The notes under the pieces: model-generated | The model's input: only the letters and a program-made list of their open reading frames with translations | Told to the model about the DNA's origin: nothing | Databases searched by the model: none | Made by a program: the position numbers and the translations under genes | Part shown: positions 25,110 through 37,021 of the stretch, piece by piece | Position numbering within the stretch: position 1 is the first letter of the stretch | How the letters are laid out: each line of letters opens with the position of its first letter | From: Hemiscyllium ocellatum | Lineage: Eukaryota | Assembly: GCF_020745735.1 (NCBI RefSeq) | Contig: NC_083413.1 | Location: 81,193,612-81,257,611, forward strand | Length of the DNA stretch: 64,000 nucleotides | Direction: 5' to 3'

Positions 25110-26641
25110 GTATGAGAAACGCAATCTGCTCCATTTATCTTTTGTCATTATTAAAAGTGTCACTATGAGGACGTTGGACATCTTTTTCATTACATTCATG
25201 TTAACATCCATTTCTCCTATGTGCATCACTGATATGCATCTTCTGACAACCCAAGTTCTCTTCCTGGCTAAAGGCAAAATGTGCGGATTCTAGAAATCTG
25301 AAACAGACACCGAATACTGGAGAAACTAAGCTGGTCCAGCAGCTCTGAGTAGCGAGAAATAGTATTAACATTACTGCTGAGTTACTCCAGTAGTCTGTGT
25401 TCGTTTCCCTTTCTGGCTCCTAAGTTAGCTGATATTGTTACTGGTTATGTCTCCTTAGGTTCTGTCTGTCTCTCATTCAAATCTGCTGCCATTATCCCTC
25501 TCCTGCAAATAAAACAAACCTTTACACACTATCTGTGCAACACCCATTTCATCTCCATCTTCTCTTTCTTCAAAAATTTCTTGAAAGTGTTGTCATCTCC
25601 CAAATTTGTCCCCATCTTTTCTGGAATCGGCCACAGTGCAGAAGGAGGCTATTTAGTCCATCTTAATTGTACTGGCTCTCAGAAAGATTCATTCTCTTCA
25701 TTGCCATTTCCTGACTTTCTTAATGTAACTCTGCACGTTATTGTATGGGCTAATTTGTTTTTAAATACTTAAGTTGAAGTTGCCTCCACCAGCTAATATC
25801 CCTTTATGTGACTGGGTGTTATGCTTTGTTTTATTATGCCTCAGTGAAGTATCTTGGACACTTAATTAATCTTGAAGGTGCTAGCTAAATATGAGTTGTT
25901 ACAGTTAAAACTACAAGCAAAGTCCAATACACATATATGATAAACATTCTTTACGCTGTCTGATTAAATAATTCCAGCCGAAGGGTAAAACAAGATGGAC
26001 ATAGGATAGAAACAATCCATCTTAAACTCAACTTCAGGTCTGTTTGCTGTGGTGCACTGCTCTTATAATGCTTTGACTAACAGCTTTTATAGGGTAAACC
26101 TATTTATTTAGATCTATTATCCTTTGAAGTTGCTCCCTGGTGCTGATTTTATTGAGGCTTGTAAGTGATTTGCTGCTATGTTTTAGTGTGGACAGCATAG
26201 CCAAATACTCTTTTTTTTAAAAAAGACCTCTTGTGACAGCCAACCTTATATATGTGCAGCTGCTGTGTCTAACAAAATGAAGGAGGTTTCAGTTAAGTCC
26301 TCTTGGAACTTGGTTGCAATATAAAAACTGGTGTACCTAATGTCAATATTGTGAAATCAGATGCATTGTCACTACTACTGGGTATTTGTTTTTATTAGTA
26401 ATGTCACTGATTTCAACAGCGGCAGTGGTCCTAGTGAATTATGGCTGGTAGTTATGAATAGTCCTGATGAAGGATCCTGCCCGAAACATCTACTTCTCCA
26501 GCTCCTCAGATGTGTCTAACCTGCTGTGCTATTTCCAGTGCCACACAGAGTGTTATTCACTTAAATGTAAGGAGCAACTGGCAGTGGCTATTCCTGCTTT
26601 GTGCTATTGGTGCTCGCTTAACATTTGCAAATTGTGTGCAG

Positions 26642-26855
26642 ATATTCGTTCAGGATGAGATCGACATTGAAGCTCCAGAATATTTATCAGCAACACATGC
26701 AATTATCGTTTATCTGAAGCCTGACCTGAGACATCATGGACATTTTACTGGTACAGTCCCAGTACATGTACGATATCATCGGCCAACAGACAGAGAGGAA
26801 GCCATTGCTTTGGTGACCCTTCCAGGTCCACAGTTGATGATTCACTGTCAGGAAA
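26642..26855 (+). CDS. PIGX: PIGX exon 4
   Basis: tgcag|ATA...A|gtatgt. DIEAPEYLS and PVHVRYHRP are PIG-X/PBN1 motifs. 214 nt, phase 0 to 1. Confidence 0.96.
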
Positions 26856-27251
26856 GTATGTAAAAAATCAGAATGGGTGCCTTCCAGTTTTTGTTTTTTG
26901 CCTTGCATATTTCTGTCCTCTCGCTTGGCTCATCTTGTTGTTTGCTTATGGTTTCATAAGGGAAAACTATTGTCTTGTTCCCCATCCAGAAAGCCTACAT
27001 TCTTTATTTCACAGTGAGGAGGGGAAATTGGGGGCAGTGGGAAAGGGAAGGAACTCTGGTTGGCTATGTGCTTCATGGTGCAGCCCGAGATGAAAGGAAT
27101 TGATTTTGATTTGATTCTGCCAAAAATTAATAGTAGCTTGCTGAAAGAGCATTGCTAACTTGCAGTAATTCGAGTGAAATTTAAATATACTTCACAACTG
27201 GCAGTAATATAAATGACCCACTTAAGAACTGGGGGCAGGAGTAGGCTGTTC

Positions 27252-28015
27252 TGTTAAAGTATCTATTTGAGACTGCTCAGAGAATCCCTGATGGACTCAA
27301 TGTGTAGCTTCTCTTGGTTCGTCTCCGAGATTGTAGTCTGGTAGTCTGGAATATAAAACTCTTACAGACAGTTTAGTTTAAATGATTACCTTTATTTACC
27401 AACGGCATCAGTGTTACACTATAACATAGATACCTACAAGCCAAGCTTGACCTAAGCTTCTAAAACCACTAGCAGAGTAGCAGCGCCAGCTCTTACCCCT
27501 AAAAGCTCTCTCGGGCTTCTCTCTTATTACTCTCTTATTGCAAACAAGCTGTCTTCATACAGAATTTGGTGTTAAAATTACAAAAACACCACATCTCCTT
27601 ATTCTGATAAGCAATAAAATGGCAAAAAGTTTGCAGAGGAAGAGAAATTCATTGACAGGTCTGTGTATGCTTGACTAATTAAGCTACATACACATCTCAG
27701 TGGGAAACCTTGATCCAGCCAGGCCCCTATTGGCTGATTGCTTTGGTTAAACTTCCGTTTAAAAGTTCATCATAACGAGGCATTGGTCTAAACTATGTGG
27801 GAAAGGTCTTGGGGTCACCTCGCTCAGCTAACATGTCCAGTATCAAGCTCCTACAAAATGGCTTTTTCTTTCAAAATCATCTTAGATTCCCAGAATGCAA
27901 ATTAAATTCATAATATTCCCAGATCTCGAGGTCCAGGGAACAACACGCACACATTCAATCCATGACAAGCCAGTGTTCACTCAAAACAGACCATAAAAGG
28001 TTAATTTTCCCTACA
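27252..28015 (-). mobile_element. Candidate solo LTR
   Basis: The minus strand starts TGTAGGGAAAATT and ends TTTAACA. It has CCAAT boxes (plus attgg at ~27729 and ~27782), a decayed TATA (~27551-27560) and AATAAA (plus tttatt 27391-27396) in U3-R-U5 order. The TSD is not clean. Confidence 0.55.
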
Positions 28016-28204
28016 GCTTCCGACTGCTGTCTCTCTCTCTCTCTCTTCTGCCCCCCCCCCCCCCCAACCTCTCTCTCAGTATTCCTTGAACCCTTCAGTC
28101 AGTGAATGTAATTTACAGAAGAATGTTTTCTCTCTCTCACTCACACATAAATATCTTTCACCTTCCTTACTATGTCGGGTTTTTCCTTGCTTGTAAGGGT
28201 AATG

Positions 28205-29550
28205 AGGTATTCGCTCATTGATGACTGTATCGGCGCTGCCTCGTGCTCCCACGAGGGGGTTGAACAGTTCATCCACTTTACTAACACCTTTCACCCCAAC
28301 CTCAAATTTACCTGGACGTCTCAGACTCCTCCCTCCCCTTCCTAGACCTCTCCATTTCTATCTCGGGTGACCGAATCAACACGGACATTTACTATAAACC
28401 GACCCACTCCCACAGCTACCTAGACTACACCTCCTCCCACCCTGCCCTCTGTAAAAACACCATCCCATATTCCCAATTCCTTCTGCTCCCAGAAGGACCA
28501 GTTCCATTACCGAACAACCCAGATGGCCGCCGCCTTCAAAGACTGCAATTTCCTGCCAGACGTGGTCGACGATGCTCTGTACCGCATCTCCTCCACTTCC
28601 CGCTCCTCTATCCTTAAGCCCCGCCCCTCCTACCTGTCGTCATTTCCGCGACTTCCAAACGGACCCCACCACCAGGGATATATTTCCCTCCCCTCCCCTA
28701 TCAGCATTCCGAAAAGACCACTCCCTCCGTGACTCCCTCATCAGGTCCACACCACCCACCAACCCAACCTCCACTCCCGGCACCTTCCCCTGCAACCGCA
28801 AGAAATGCAAAACTTGTGCCCACACCTCCCCCCTTACTTCCCTCCAAGGCCTCAAGGGATCCTTCCGTATCTGCCACAAATTCACCTGCACCTCCACACA
28901 CATCATTTACTGCATCCGCTGCACCCGATGTGGCCTCCTCTATATTGGGGAGACAGGCCGCCTACTTGCGGAATGTTTCAGTGAATACTTCTGGGACGCC
29001 CGGACCAACCAACCCAACCACCCCGTGGCTCAACACTTCAATTCCCCTTCCCACTCCACCGAGGACATGCAGGTCCTTGGACTCCTCCATCGCCAGACAT
29101 AGCAACACGACGGCTGGAGGAAGAGCGCCTCATCTTCCGCCTGGGAACCCTTCAACCACAAGGGATGAACTCAGATTTCTCCAGTTTCGTCATTCCCTCC
29201 TCCCCCCGCCACCCAGCCCCCACCCTGTCTCAGTCCCAACCCTCAAACTCAGCACCACCTTCCTAACCTGCAATCATCTTTCTGACCTCTCCGTCCCCAC
29301 CCCCACTCCGGCCTATCGCCCTCCCCTTATCCTCCTTCCACCTATCGCATTTCCAACGCCCCTCCCCAAAGTCCCTCCTCCCTACCTTTTTATCTTAGCC
29401 TGCTTGGCACACTTTTTCCTCATTCCTGAAGAAGGGCTCATGCCCGAAACGTCAATTCTCCTGCTCCTTGGATGCTGCCTGACCTCCTGTGCTTTTCCAG
29501 CAACACATTTTCAGCTCTGATCTCCAGCATCTGCAGTCCTCACTTTCTCC
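28205..29550 (+). mobile_element. Penelope-like element, 5'-truncated (RT C-terminus, GIY-YIG, pLTR)
   Basis: IDDCIG (RT DD motif), PCNRKKCKTCAH, IIYCIRCTRCGLLYIGETGRLLAE; frameshifted. Confidence 0.93.
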
Positions 29551-29798
29551 TATTCACATTCCAGCACTGTCAAGATGAGGGAGGTGAGCTTCATAAATTC
29601 AAATCTGCTGAGTGTGGTATACGTGAAAATGTGTCAGGGTTGTTCTATTACGTACATATTCCACTCGGTTTATTAAACTACCAGTTCTTATTGAGTATGA
29701 GTCTTGTTAAGAGTCTTTGATATAATCCAGCAATTTAGTTATTTTACATTCTGTTGTGAAATATGTGCCTCCGGCATGAGAAGGAAGTACTGCCACAC

Positions 29799-31003
29799 AT
29801 TCCTTCGTCTCCAAAACTCCATCCCATATTCCCAATTCCTTCGTCTCCAAAACTCCATCCCATATTCCCAATTCCTTCATCTCCGCCGCATCTGCTCCCA
29901 GGAGGACCAGTTCCAACAACGCACAGCCCAGATGGCCTCCTTCTTCAAGGACCGCAGATTCCCCCCAGACATGATCGACGATGCCCTCCACCGCATCTCC
30001 TCCACTTCCCGCTCCTCTGCCCTTGAGCCTCGCTCCTCCAACCGCCACCAAGACAGAACCCCACTGGTTCTCACCTACCACCCCACCAACCTCCGTATAC
30101 AACGTATCATCCGCCGTCATTTCCGCCACCTCCAAACGGACCCCACCACCAGGGATATATTTCCCTCCCCTCCCCTATCAGCGTTCCGCAAAGACCACTC
30201 CCTTCGTGACGTCAGGTCCACACCCCCCACCAACCCAACGTCCACTCCCGGCACCTTCCCCTGCAACCGCAGGAAATGTAAAACTTGCGCCCACACCTCC
30301 TTCCTCACTTCCCTCCAAGGCCCCAAGGGATCCTTCCATATCCACCACAAGTTCACCTGCACCTCCACACACATCATCTATTGCATCCGCTGCACCCGAT
30401 GTGGCCTCCTCTATATTGGGGAGACGGACCGCTTACTTGCGGAACGCTTCAGAGAACACCTCTGGGCCGCCCGGACCAACCAACCCAACCACCCCATGGC
30501 TCAACACTTTAACTCCCCCTCCCACTCCACCGAGGACATGCAGGTTCTTGGACTCCTCCACCGGCAGAACACAACAACACGAAGGTTGGAGGAAGAGCGC
30601 CTCATCTTCTGCCTGGGAACCCTCCAACCACAAGGAATGAACTCAGATTTCTCCAGTTTCCTCATTTCCCCTCCCCCCACCTTGTCTCAGTCGGTTCCCT
30701 CAACTCAGGACCGCCCTCCTAACCTGCAATCTTCTTCCTGACCTCTCCGCCCCCACCCCACTCCGGCCTATCACCCTCACCTTGACCTCCTTCCACCTAT
30801 CACATCTCCATCGCCCCTCCCCCAAGTCCCTCCTCCCTACCTTTTATCTTAGCCTGCTTGGCACACTCTCCTCATTCCTGATGAAGGGCTTATGCCCGAA
30901 ACGTCGAATTTCCTGTTCCTTGGATGCTGCCTAACCTGCTGTGCTTTAACCAGCAACACATTTTCAGCTGTGATCTCCAGCATCTGCAGACCTCATTTTT
31001 TAC
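29799..31003 (+). mobile_element. Penelope-like element, 5'-truncated, with open GIY-YIG domain
   Basis: SIPYSQFL.LRRICS, PLVLTYHP, IIYCIRC..C..LYIGET, HFN...HS..D, LGTLQPQGMN; followed by the pLTR. Confidence 0.95.
30874..30909 (+). ncRNA. Minimal type I hammerhead ribozyme in a Penelope pLTR
   Basis: ATTC-CTGATGA-A-GGGC.TTAT.GCCC-GAA-ACGT-C^GAAT. Intact core, 4-bp stems I and II, palindromic stem III. Confidence 0.75.
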
Positions 31004-32055
31004 CCATTCCACAAGTGAACAAATGTTATCACCTTATTTACACCAATCCATTGACACTAAGAACACATGCCCCCAATTCCTTTGAACAAGCACTTTTCTG
31101 CATTCTCTGCAGCAAATGTGTTACATTTTAGACTCCACACTTTCTCAGTATAGCCCTTCAACTTGATAAGATCATGGCCAATCTTTTCATGGACTCAGCT
31201 CCACTCACCCACGTTTTCACCATATTCCTTAATTCCTTTTATTTTTTAAAAAATAAACCTTCGCTTTAAAAATGATTACATCAGAGACTGGATGTGTAAT
31301 TGGAGATGCGTGTTAGGACCCTGTCGAGGTCCTGATGCATTAATTCCATGGGAATTGCTCAAGAAATTTCTACTTCGTGGGAAATTCCAATGCTCCCTAG
31401 GACGCTTTGGAAAACGCCTGAGTTAAAGTTGGAGGTATCTCACAGTTCCAATGCACCTACATTGATATTTATCCAGGAAATATTAGACAGAAATATGCTT
31501 GCCTAATTCCTGGGTAATTATTCAATTAAACCACCCCTGCTCTACCTTAACAGCCTGACTATACCTAAAGAGATTATATTCCTGACCATCCCTCAACAAC
31601 TCCTCCCCACCCTTTCCAATGTCCTGTCTGGTCACACTACCTATCTTCTGTGATCCAAGTACCCTTGTGACCTAACTACCTCTTCTTGACTAGTTTAACT
31701 TCTGACAGTCCTACCCACCCATCAACGCTCTCTGTCATGCACTTGCTCTCTCTTATAACCTGCTGGTGATCATGATCACTTTGGCACTGCAGCTAGAATT
31801 CTCCTGCATTGTAACTGCTTCTTTCTTTTTCTGTCAGCATGCTAGCAAGGAAGCAACTCGTTCCAATGCAAACAGCTGAAACTTTTTAAAAGGGAGATCT
31901 TTAAAATACTTTTTTGGACTACATCCTCTAGTTCTGGTCTCCCCCACAAGAATAAGTATCAGTCAATACCCATGCTGTCTGGTCTGACCTAGAATCTTTT
32001 AAGTTCCAATAAGAATGCCGTTCAATCTTTGAAATTTCAAAAGGTGTAATCTAAT

Positions 32056-32408
32056 GGGGTGGCATGGTGGCTCAGTGGTTAGCTCTGCTCTCTCAGCCCA
32101 GGGATCTGATTTCAATTCCAGCCTTGTGTGACTGTGTGGAGTTTGCACATTCTCCCCATGTCTGCATGGGTTTTCTCCAGGTGCTTCGGTTTCCTCCCAC
32201 AGTGCAAAGATGTGCAGCTTCTGTGAATTAGCCATGCTAAGTTGACCACAGTCTTCAGAGATATGTAGGTTAGGTGCATTACTCAGGGGAAATATAGAGT
32301 ATTCGGGTAGGGGAATGGGTCTGGGTGGGTTACTCTTTGGAGGGTTGGTGCGGACTTGTTGGGCCAAATGGACTGTTTCCACACTGTAGGGATTCTATGA
32401 TTTCTATG
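32056..32408 (+). mobile_element. HE1 / V-SINE
   Basis: Same consensus as 5741-6068. Ends about 75 bp upstream of PIGX exon 5. Confidence 0.9.
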
Positions 32409-32483
32409 GTAATCTGTTTGGTAAATCAAATTCTGATTTGAAAGGAGGATCACCACCTCTTATTCACTTTCGTCTCTTTTTAG

Positions 32484-32584
32484 ATAGTCCATTACCGGAA
32501 AGTTGGAAACTTGGTGTAACACAGGCTCCCTGCTCAGCAAGTAATCACAGTATCTGTATCTGGCTGAATGTTAACTATCAGAAT
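32484..32584 (+). CDS. PIGX: PIGX exon 5
   Basis: tttttag|AT...AAT|gtaagt. NSPLPESWKLGVTQAPCSASNHSICIWLNVNYQN has the conserved APC....C.W pattern. Confidence 0.93.
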
Positions 32585-33664
32585 GTAAGTAGGTAACTTT
32601 TTAAAGAAATATCACCATATTTTTGCAGGTGAATCTGTATTTTGTTTGTATTTTTTGTTGGGGAATAAAACAAAATTGTCATTTACTTATTGGACTTAAG
32701 ATACAACCAATAATACTTCATATAAATATAATTGTAATGTTCCTATTACATGTTACTTTATAACATATTTCAGTTAAGGGAAGAGCTTCGGTCTGTATAG
32801 CTTGTCCATCCACAACAGATCATTTGTATTTGAGAACCAGTCTGATTTTGTCATCTTGAAATTGCTTAAAATTCCTGAAATCACCTTTCCCAGTAATCTG
32901 TTCACATTCTTGGCAACCCTTTTTTTTAAAACCCTCTTGCATTTCCTTGAATTTAATTTAAGGTAGCTATTCAAAATTTTCTTGATAAGTAGAGAAAGTG
33001 ATAAGGGTTCCAAAATGACAATTTTGTTATGAAGTGTACCAGCTACCATATCCCTGAAATGGGGTGGCCAGCTCTGCCTAATGTTTGCCAGATCTATGCA
33101 GAGTGGGCAGGTCATGGTGTTAATCAGTGTGCAATGTTGAATTGACATCAGCACTGCCATTTGGAACACCAAGGTCCAGACAATGACTTCTCTTGCCCTT
33201 GTGCAGCTAAAAATGATGTTATGACAGACACACAGGTGCAGCAGACAAATACATGCATACACACACATATGCACTCATGCAAACACAATATAAAGAGATC
33301 AGTTGCTATTTATTCTGGCTGTTGCTGCGATTCTACATATTTTTGGTCCTTTTCATATTTCTGTTCATATGATTGAAATTTGTTTCTGGTAATTAAAAGT
33401 TTTGTGGACAAATCAGTTCCTTTTAGACATGGATGGCTTTTGTGTATTTCATCTTGGCATTGAACAGGAGAATGTGTGCAGAGACTGCACAGTAGGTAAA
33501 GCTGCTAACAGAGGGAGAAGAATGGGGAGAAGGTCTCCTAACAGGAGGTTGTATCTGCAGAGATTCTTCAGGGAGCAAATCTAATGTAGAATAAATTGCA
33601 GGAATGCTGTTAATATGGCACCCTTTGTGTATTGGCATCAAGAACCATGATGACAGAAATCTGA

Positions 33665-33678
33665 GTTTCCATGGCAAC
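33665..33678. promoter_or_regulatory. Consensus RFX X-box
   Basis: GTTTCCATGGCAAC, 13/14 match to the ideal palindrome GTTGCCATGGCAAC. Confidence 0.5.
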
Positions 33679-34099
33679 AAGTGAGGTAGCTAGACAGCAT
33701 TTTGATACTGCAATACTCAGGTGGCTGCTGCTTGTGCTGTAGTGGATGTTGAGACATTGGCCTTAAGACACTACATCACAGTTGATCCTAGTGTTGCATT
33801 GGTGGATTGTGGCCTCCCCTGACACAACACCACTTCCCGTTCCATTTGGGAAAATGGGGCTTTAAACCAAGTTGTCCCAAGGTGGTGCTGAATTCCTCCA
33901 AGCTCCTTAACAGTGAGTGCAGGCTTTCCGATTAGTGGAGCACTTTTGTGCTTAAGTAGTCTGGCCCAATAAAGTAATCATCAGTATTTTCAATGTGTCC
34001 CAGAACTAGTATGCCATTTCATCTTTGTTCAGTTGCTACCAGTGTGTTTTTTCCCTCTGTTTAGAAGGTACTTGTACCTACTGTGTTACCAGAATTAGA

Positions 34100-34855
34100 T
34101 GTCATTTCTATCCTCTCCTCCAATGACACCAAATATAGGTGGGAATTCAAGGAGTTAAGATGACAGAGTCTACAAGGGATATAAGCAAGTTAAAACTTTG
34201 CAACCTGTGCAAAAACCTGACAAATGTAATGTGAGAAATTGTGAGCTTGTATGCTTTGGCAGGAAGAATATTATTTAAACAGAGAAAGACTGCTGAAAAC
34301 TGCAGCAGAGTAATTTAGGAGTGTCCTTATCTAAGGAAAGATGTACTGGCATTGGAGGCAGCCCAGAGAAGGTTCAGTAGGTTGATTCTCGGTGTGGAGG
34401 GTTTTTTCTTACAACGAGAAGTTGGGTAATTTGGGGTTACACTTACCAGAATTGAGAAAAATAAGAGGCAAAATTACTGAAACATATAGATTATTAATGG
34501 GCTTCACAGAGTAAAGATGGAATGGTTGTTTACCCTTTTGAGAGCTTCTTAGACCAGATGGCATATTCTCAAAGGAATAGGTCACCCATTTAAAACAAAT
34601 TTGAGGAATTCCTCACTTGGAGGATAGTGAATCTGTGGAATTTTTTACGGCAGTGGGCTATTGAGACTGGATTGTTAAATATATTCAAGGTTGACATTGA
34701 CAGATTTTTAATCAGTAAGGAAATCAGGGGTTATGAGGATAAGACAAGGAAGTGGAATTAAGGATAATAAGATTAGTTATAATCACATTGAAAGGTGGAG
34801 TGAATTCTGGGCTAACTGACCTACTCTGAATCTGAGTTATGGTCTTATGGTCTAA
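34100..34855 (+). mobile_element. Old CR1 remnant
   Basis: atgacaccaaa.ataggtggg, ggattgtt...atattcaagg, and the tail ggtcttatggtct. Confidence 0.7.
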
Positions 34856-35913
34856 AACTACAAACTGCGTAGGCATTTAACTTGGCACCTACAACTGTGA
34901 GACTGAATTACAGTATCTCTGTCTTCATTCATTTCTTGATTTTCCGTTGCCTACTCAGATTCCACTGTTTGAATATCTGAGAGGGGAACAGATCAAGATT
35001 AAGGTAGTGATGAGGGCCAAGAAGTCCATGCTTGCACCATTATTATTTTCTTAATTGGAAGATGTTGTGATTTTGAGAAATAGTAATAGATCCCAAGCCA
35101 GTTTTGTGATGCAGATAATACATGCCTTGGATATCCTCCCATAACCGTGTAGTTATTCAAAACTCCACTTTCTACGAAAACAGCACCACCAGGACAAAGC
35201 ATGCCACCTAATTGGCACCCCATCCACTAACTTTAACATTTCCCAATGCACAGTGGCAGCAGTGTGTTCTAACTACAAGATGTACTTTGCATCATTCATT
35301 ATTTTGATAATATCTTCCAAACCCATGACTTCTAACAACTAGAAGGACAGTGGCAGTAGATCCATGGGGACATCATCCCTTGCAAGTTCTCCTTCAAGCC
35401 ACATATCCTAACTTAAAGCTATATCACCATTCCTTTCACTGTCACTAGGTTGTAATCCTGGACCTACATCCCAAAGACTGCAACAATTCAAGAAGACAGC
35501 TCATCACCATTAATTTAGGGATAATTAGGAATGAGTAATAAATGCTGTCTTAGCCAAAAATGCCCACCTCCTATGAAAGAATAAAGAAAAGACACATATT
35601 GAACTTACTGGGTTCTGTGCCAGGTCCTATCTCTGCTGTTTCAAACAGGACTCCATCAGGAATTGGGTCTCCGACTTTGGGAATTTATTTTTTATGCAAT
35701 TAACTATCTTTCATTTGTTTGTTGTACAGAAGTTAATGTTGTGTTATTCTTAAAAAGAACTGCTGTCATATTGGAATACTTGTATTTGAACTTTAGAGCA
35801 TGTGTTTATTAAGTATGGATGTGTTGTGACTGTCCTCTGTCTTAGAGATTGCCAAGTCGCAGGATCACTTCCTGTCTCGGGTTGCTGGGTATCACAATTC
35901 CTCCTTTTTGTAG

Positions 35914-36072
35914 GTTGTGGAATCCCTAACACTACAGGTTCCTGTTGGACAGAAGAAACATGTATTGGCTGTGGTCACTGCAACGCTGCTTGTTACCATT
36001 CTGTGCTGTAGCCTGCTTATCAGAGCTGTGTGGATACATGGCGAGTTTGAAGACTGGATGAAATTCCAGTAA
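35914..36072 (+). CDS. PIGX: PIGX exon 6 (transmembrane segment and stop)
   Basis: ttttgtag|GTT. VVESLTLQVPVGQKKHVLAVVTATLLVTILCCSLLIRAVWIHGEFEDWMKFQ* carries 'LQVPVG' plus a TM helix. The six exons sum to 753 nt (250 aa). Confidence 0.95.
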   Translation, partial: VVESLTLQVPVGQKKHVLAVVTATLLVTILCCSLLIRAVWIHGEFEDWMKFQ

Positions 36073-36476
36073 AAGGTGAGATTTTCAGTCTTGGATTTTA
36101 TTGGAATTGTTTGGAATAACTCATTGCAGTGGCGTCCCCTTTATATATATTAATTAATTAATACGTACACTCAGTAGTTCCAGCAAATCTACATCCAATG
36201 AAGTTAATATTGTATCAACTTGAATTCTTCAATCATCTTGTACATGCATGTTAGTGCAAAGTACATGCAGCTCTGCGCTGTTTTAGCATTCCCATGTGCT
36301 TGGAATATATCACTAAGGGTAGCAGAGAGTAGTGGAATTGCTCTGTGTATGAAGGATAGATTTATTCAAAACCAGAGTTCATTTGGCCCATTGTATTTAA
36401 GTCAGCATTTTGATGGAGCTATCACTGTTCTCTCCTCTGTAAATATATATATAAAAAACTTACCTGGAAACTAAAC

Positions 36477-37021
36477 TGTCGAGTCTGAGGGGCGTGTCCT
36501 CGGCGCTCGGAGGTCACGTGGTCCTCTGATGCGCGCGCAGAGGATGATCACGTGATGCTCTGAAACGCGGGCACGGTCACGTGGTCTCCCTGTTTCGCAC
36601 TCTGGGAGGTCACGTGATCTGCCGTTTTGCGCCCCGGAAGTGGGCGAGACTGCCGTTTCGTGCTCGAAAGGAGGCCGCATGGTGGTCCTTTGTCTCCGAA
36701 AAGGGAAGATCACGTGAGGTCGGACAGCCGGAAATGCGAGGAGGTGGGGAATGGAGGCAGAGCAACAGCCAATTAGAAGGCAATTTCACTTGAGTGATGG
36801 TATGATGTTTTCTATGGTATAAAAGACTGTATCAGGGACAGATATACGTCTTTTGTTCTTTCTGAACTGACTGACTGAGTAGTTTGTCAGGGACAGAAAG
36901 GTTTAGACCCAGAGCTCTGTGTACTTTATCCACTTACTGCTAGAATAAAACTAAAAGTGTAAGATTAGATATTTTTTTCCTATTGCTTTATTTAAAGAGC
37001 ACGCAGGACTTGGCTCACACA
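36477..37021 (+). mobile_element. Candidate solo LTR with CpG-rich E-box/ETS enhancer array
   Basis: TGT...ACA ends. Flanks TAAAC/TAAAA (4/5 TSD match). CACGTG at 36515, 36549, 36578, 36611, 36711. CCGGAAGTG at 36634. CCAAT at 36769. TATAAAAG at 36818. AATAAA at 36944. Confidence 0.7.

Noticed and set aside
29704-30741. 345-aa ORF as a domesticated GIY-YIG nuclease gene
   Set aside because: Non-ATG start in flanking DNA, a 5'-truncated Penelope copy with its pLTR, and a G>D change in YIGETD. No evidence of selection.
32774-33274. 166-aa minus-strand ORF in PIGX intron 5
   Set aside because: Low-complexity start, no domain or splice support.
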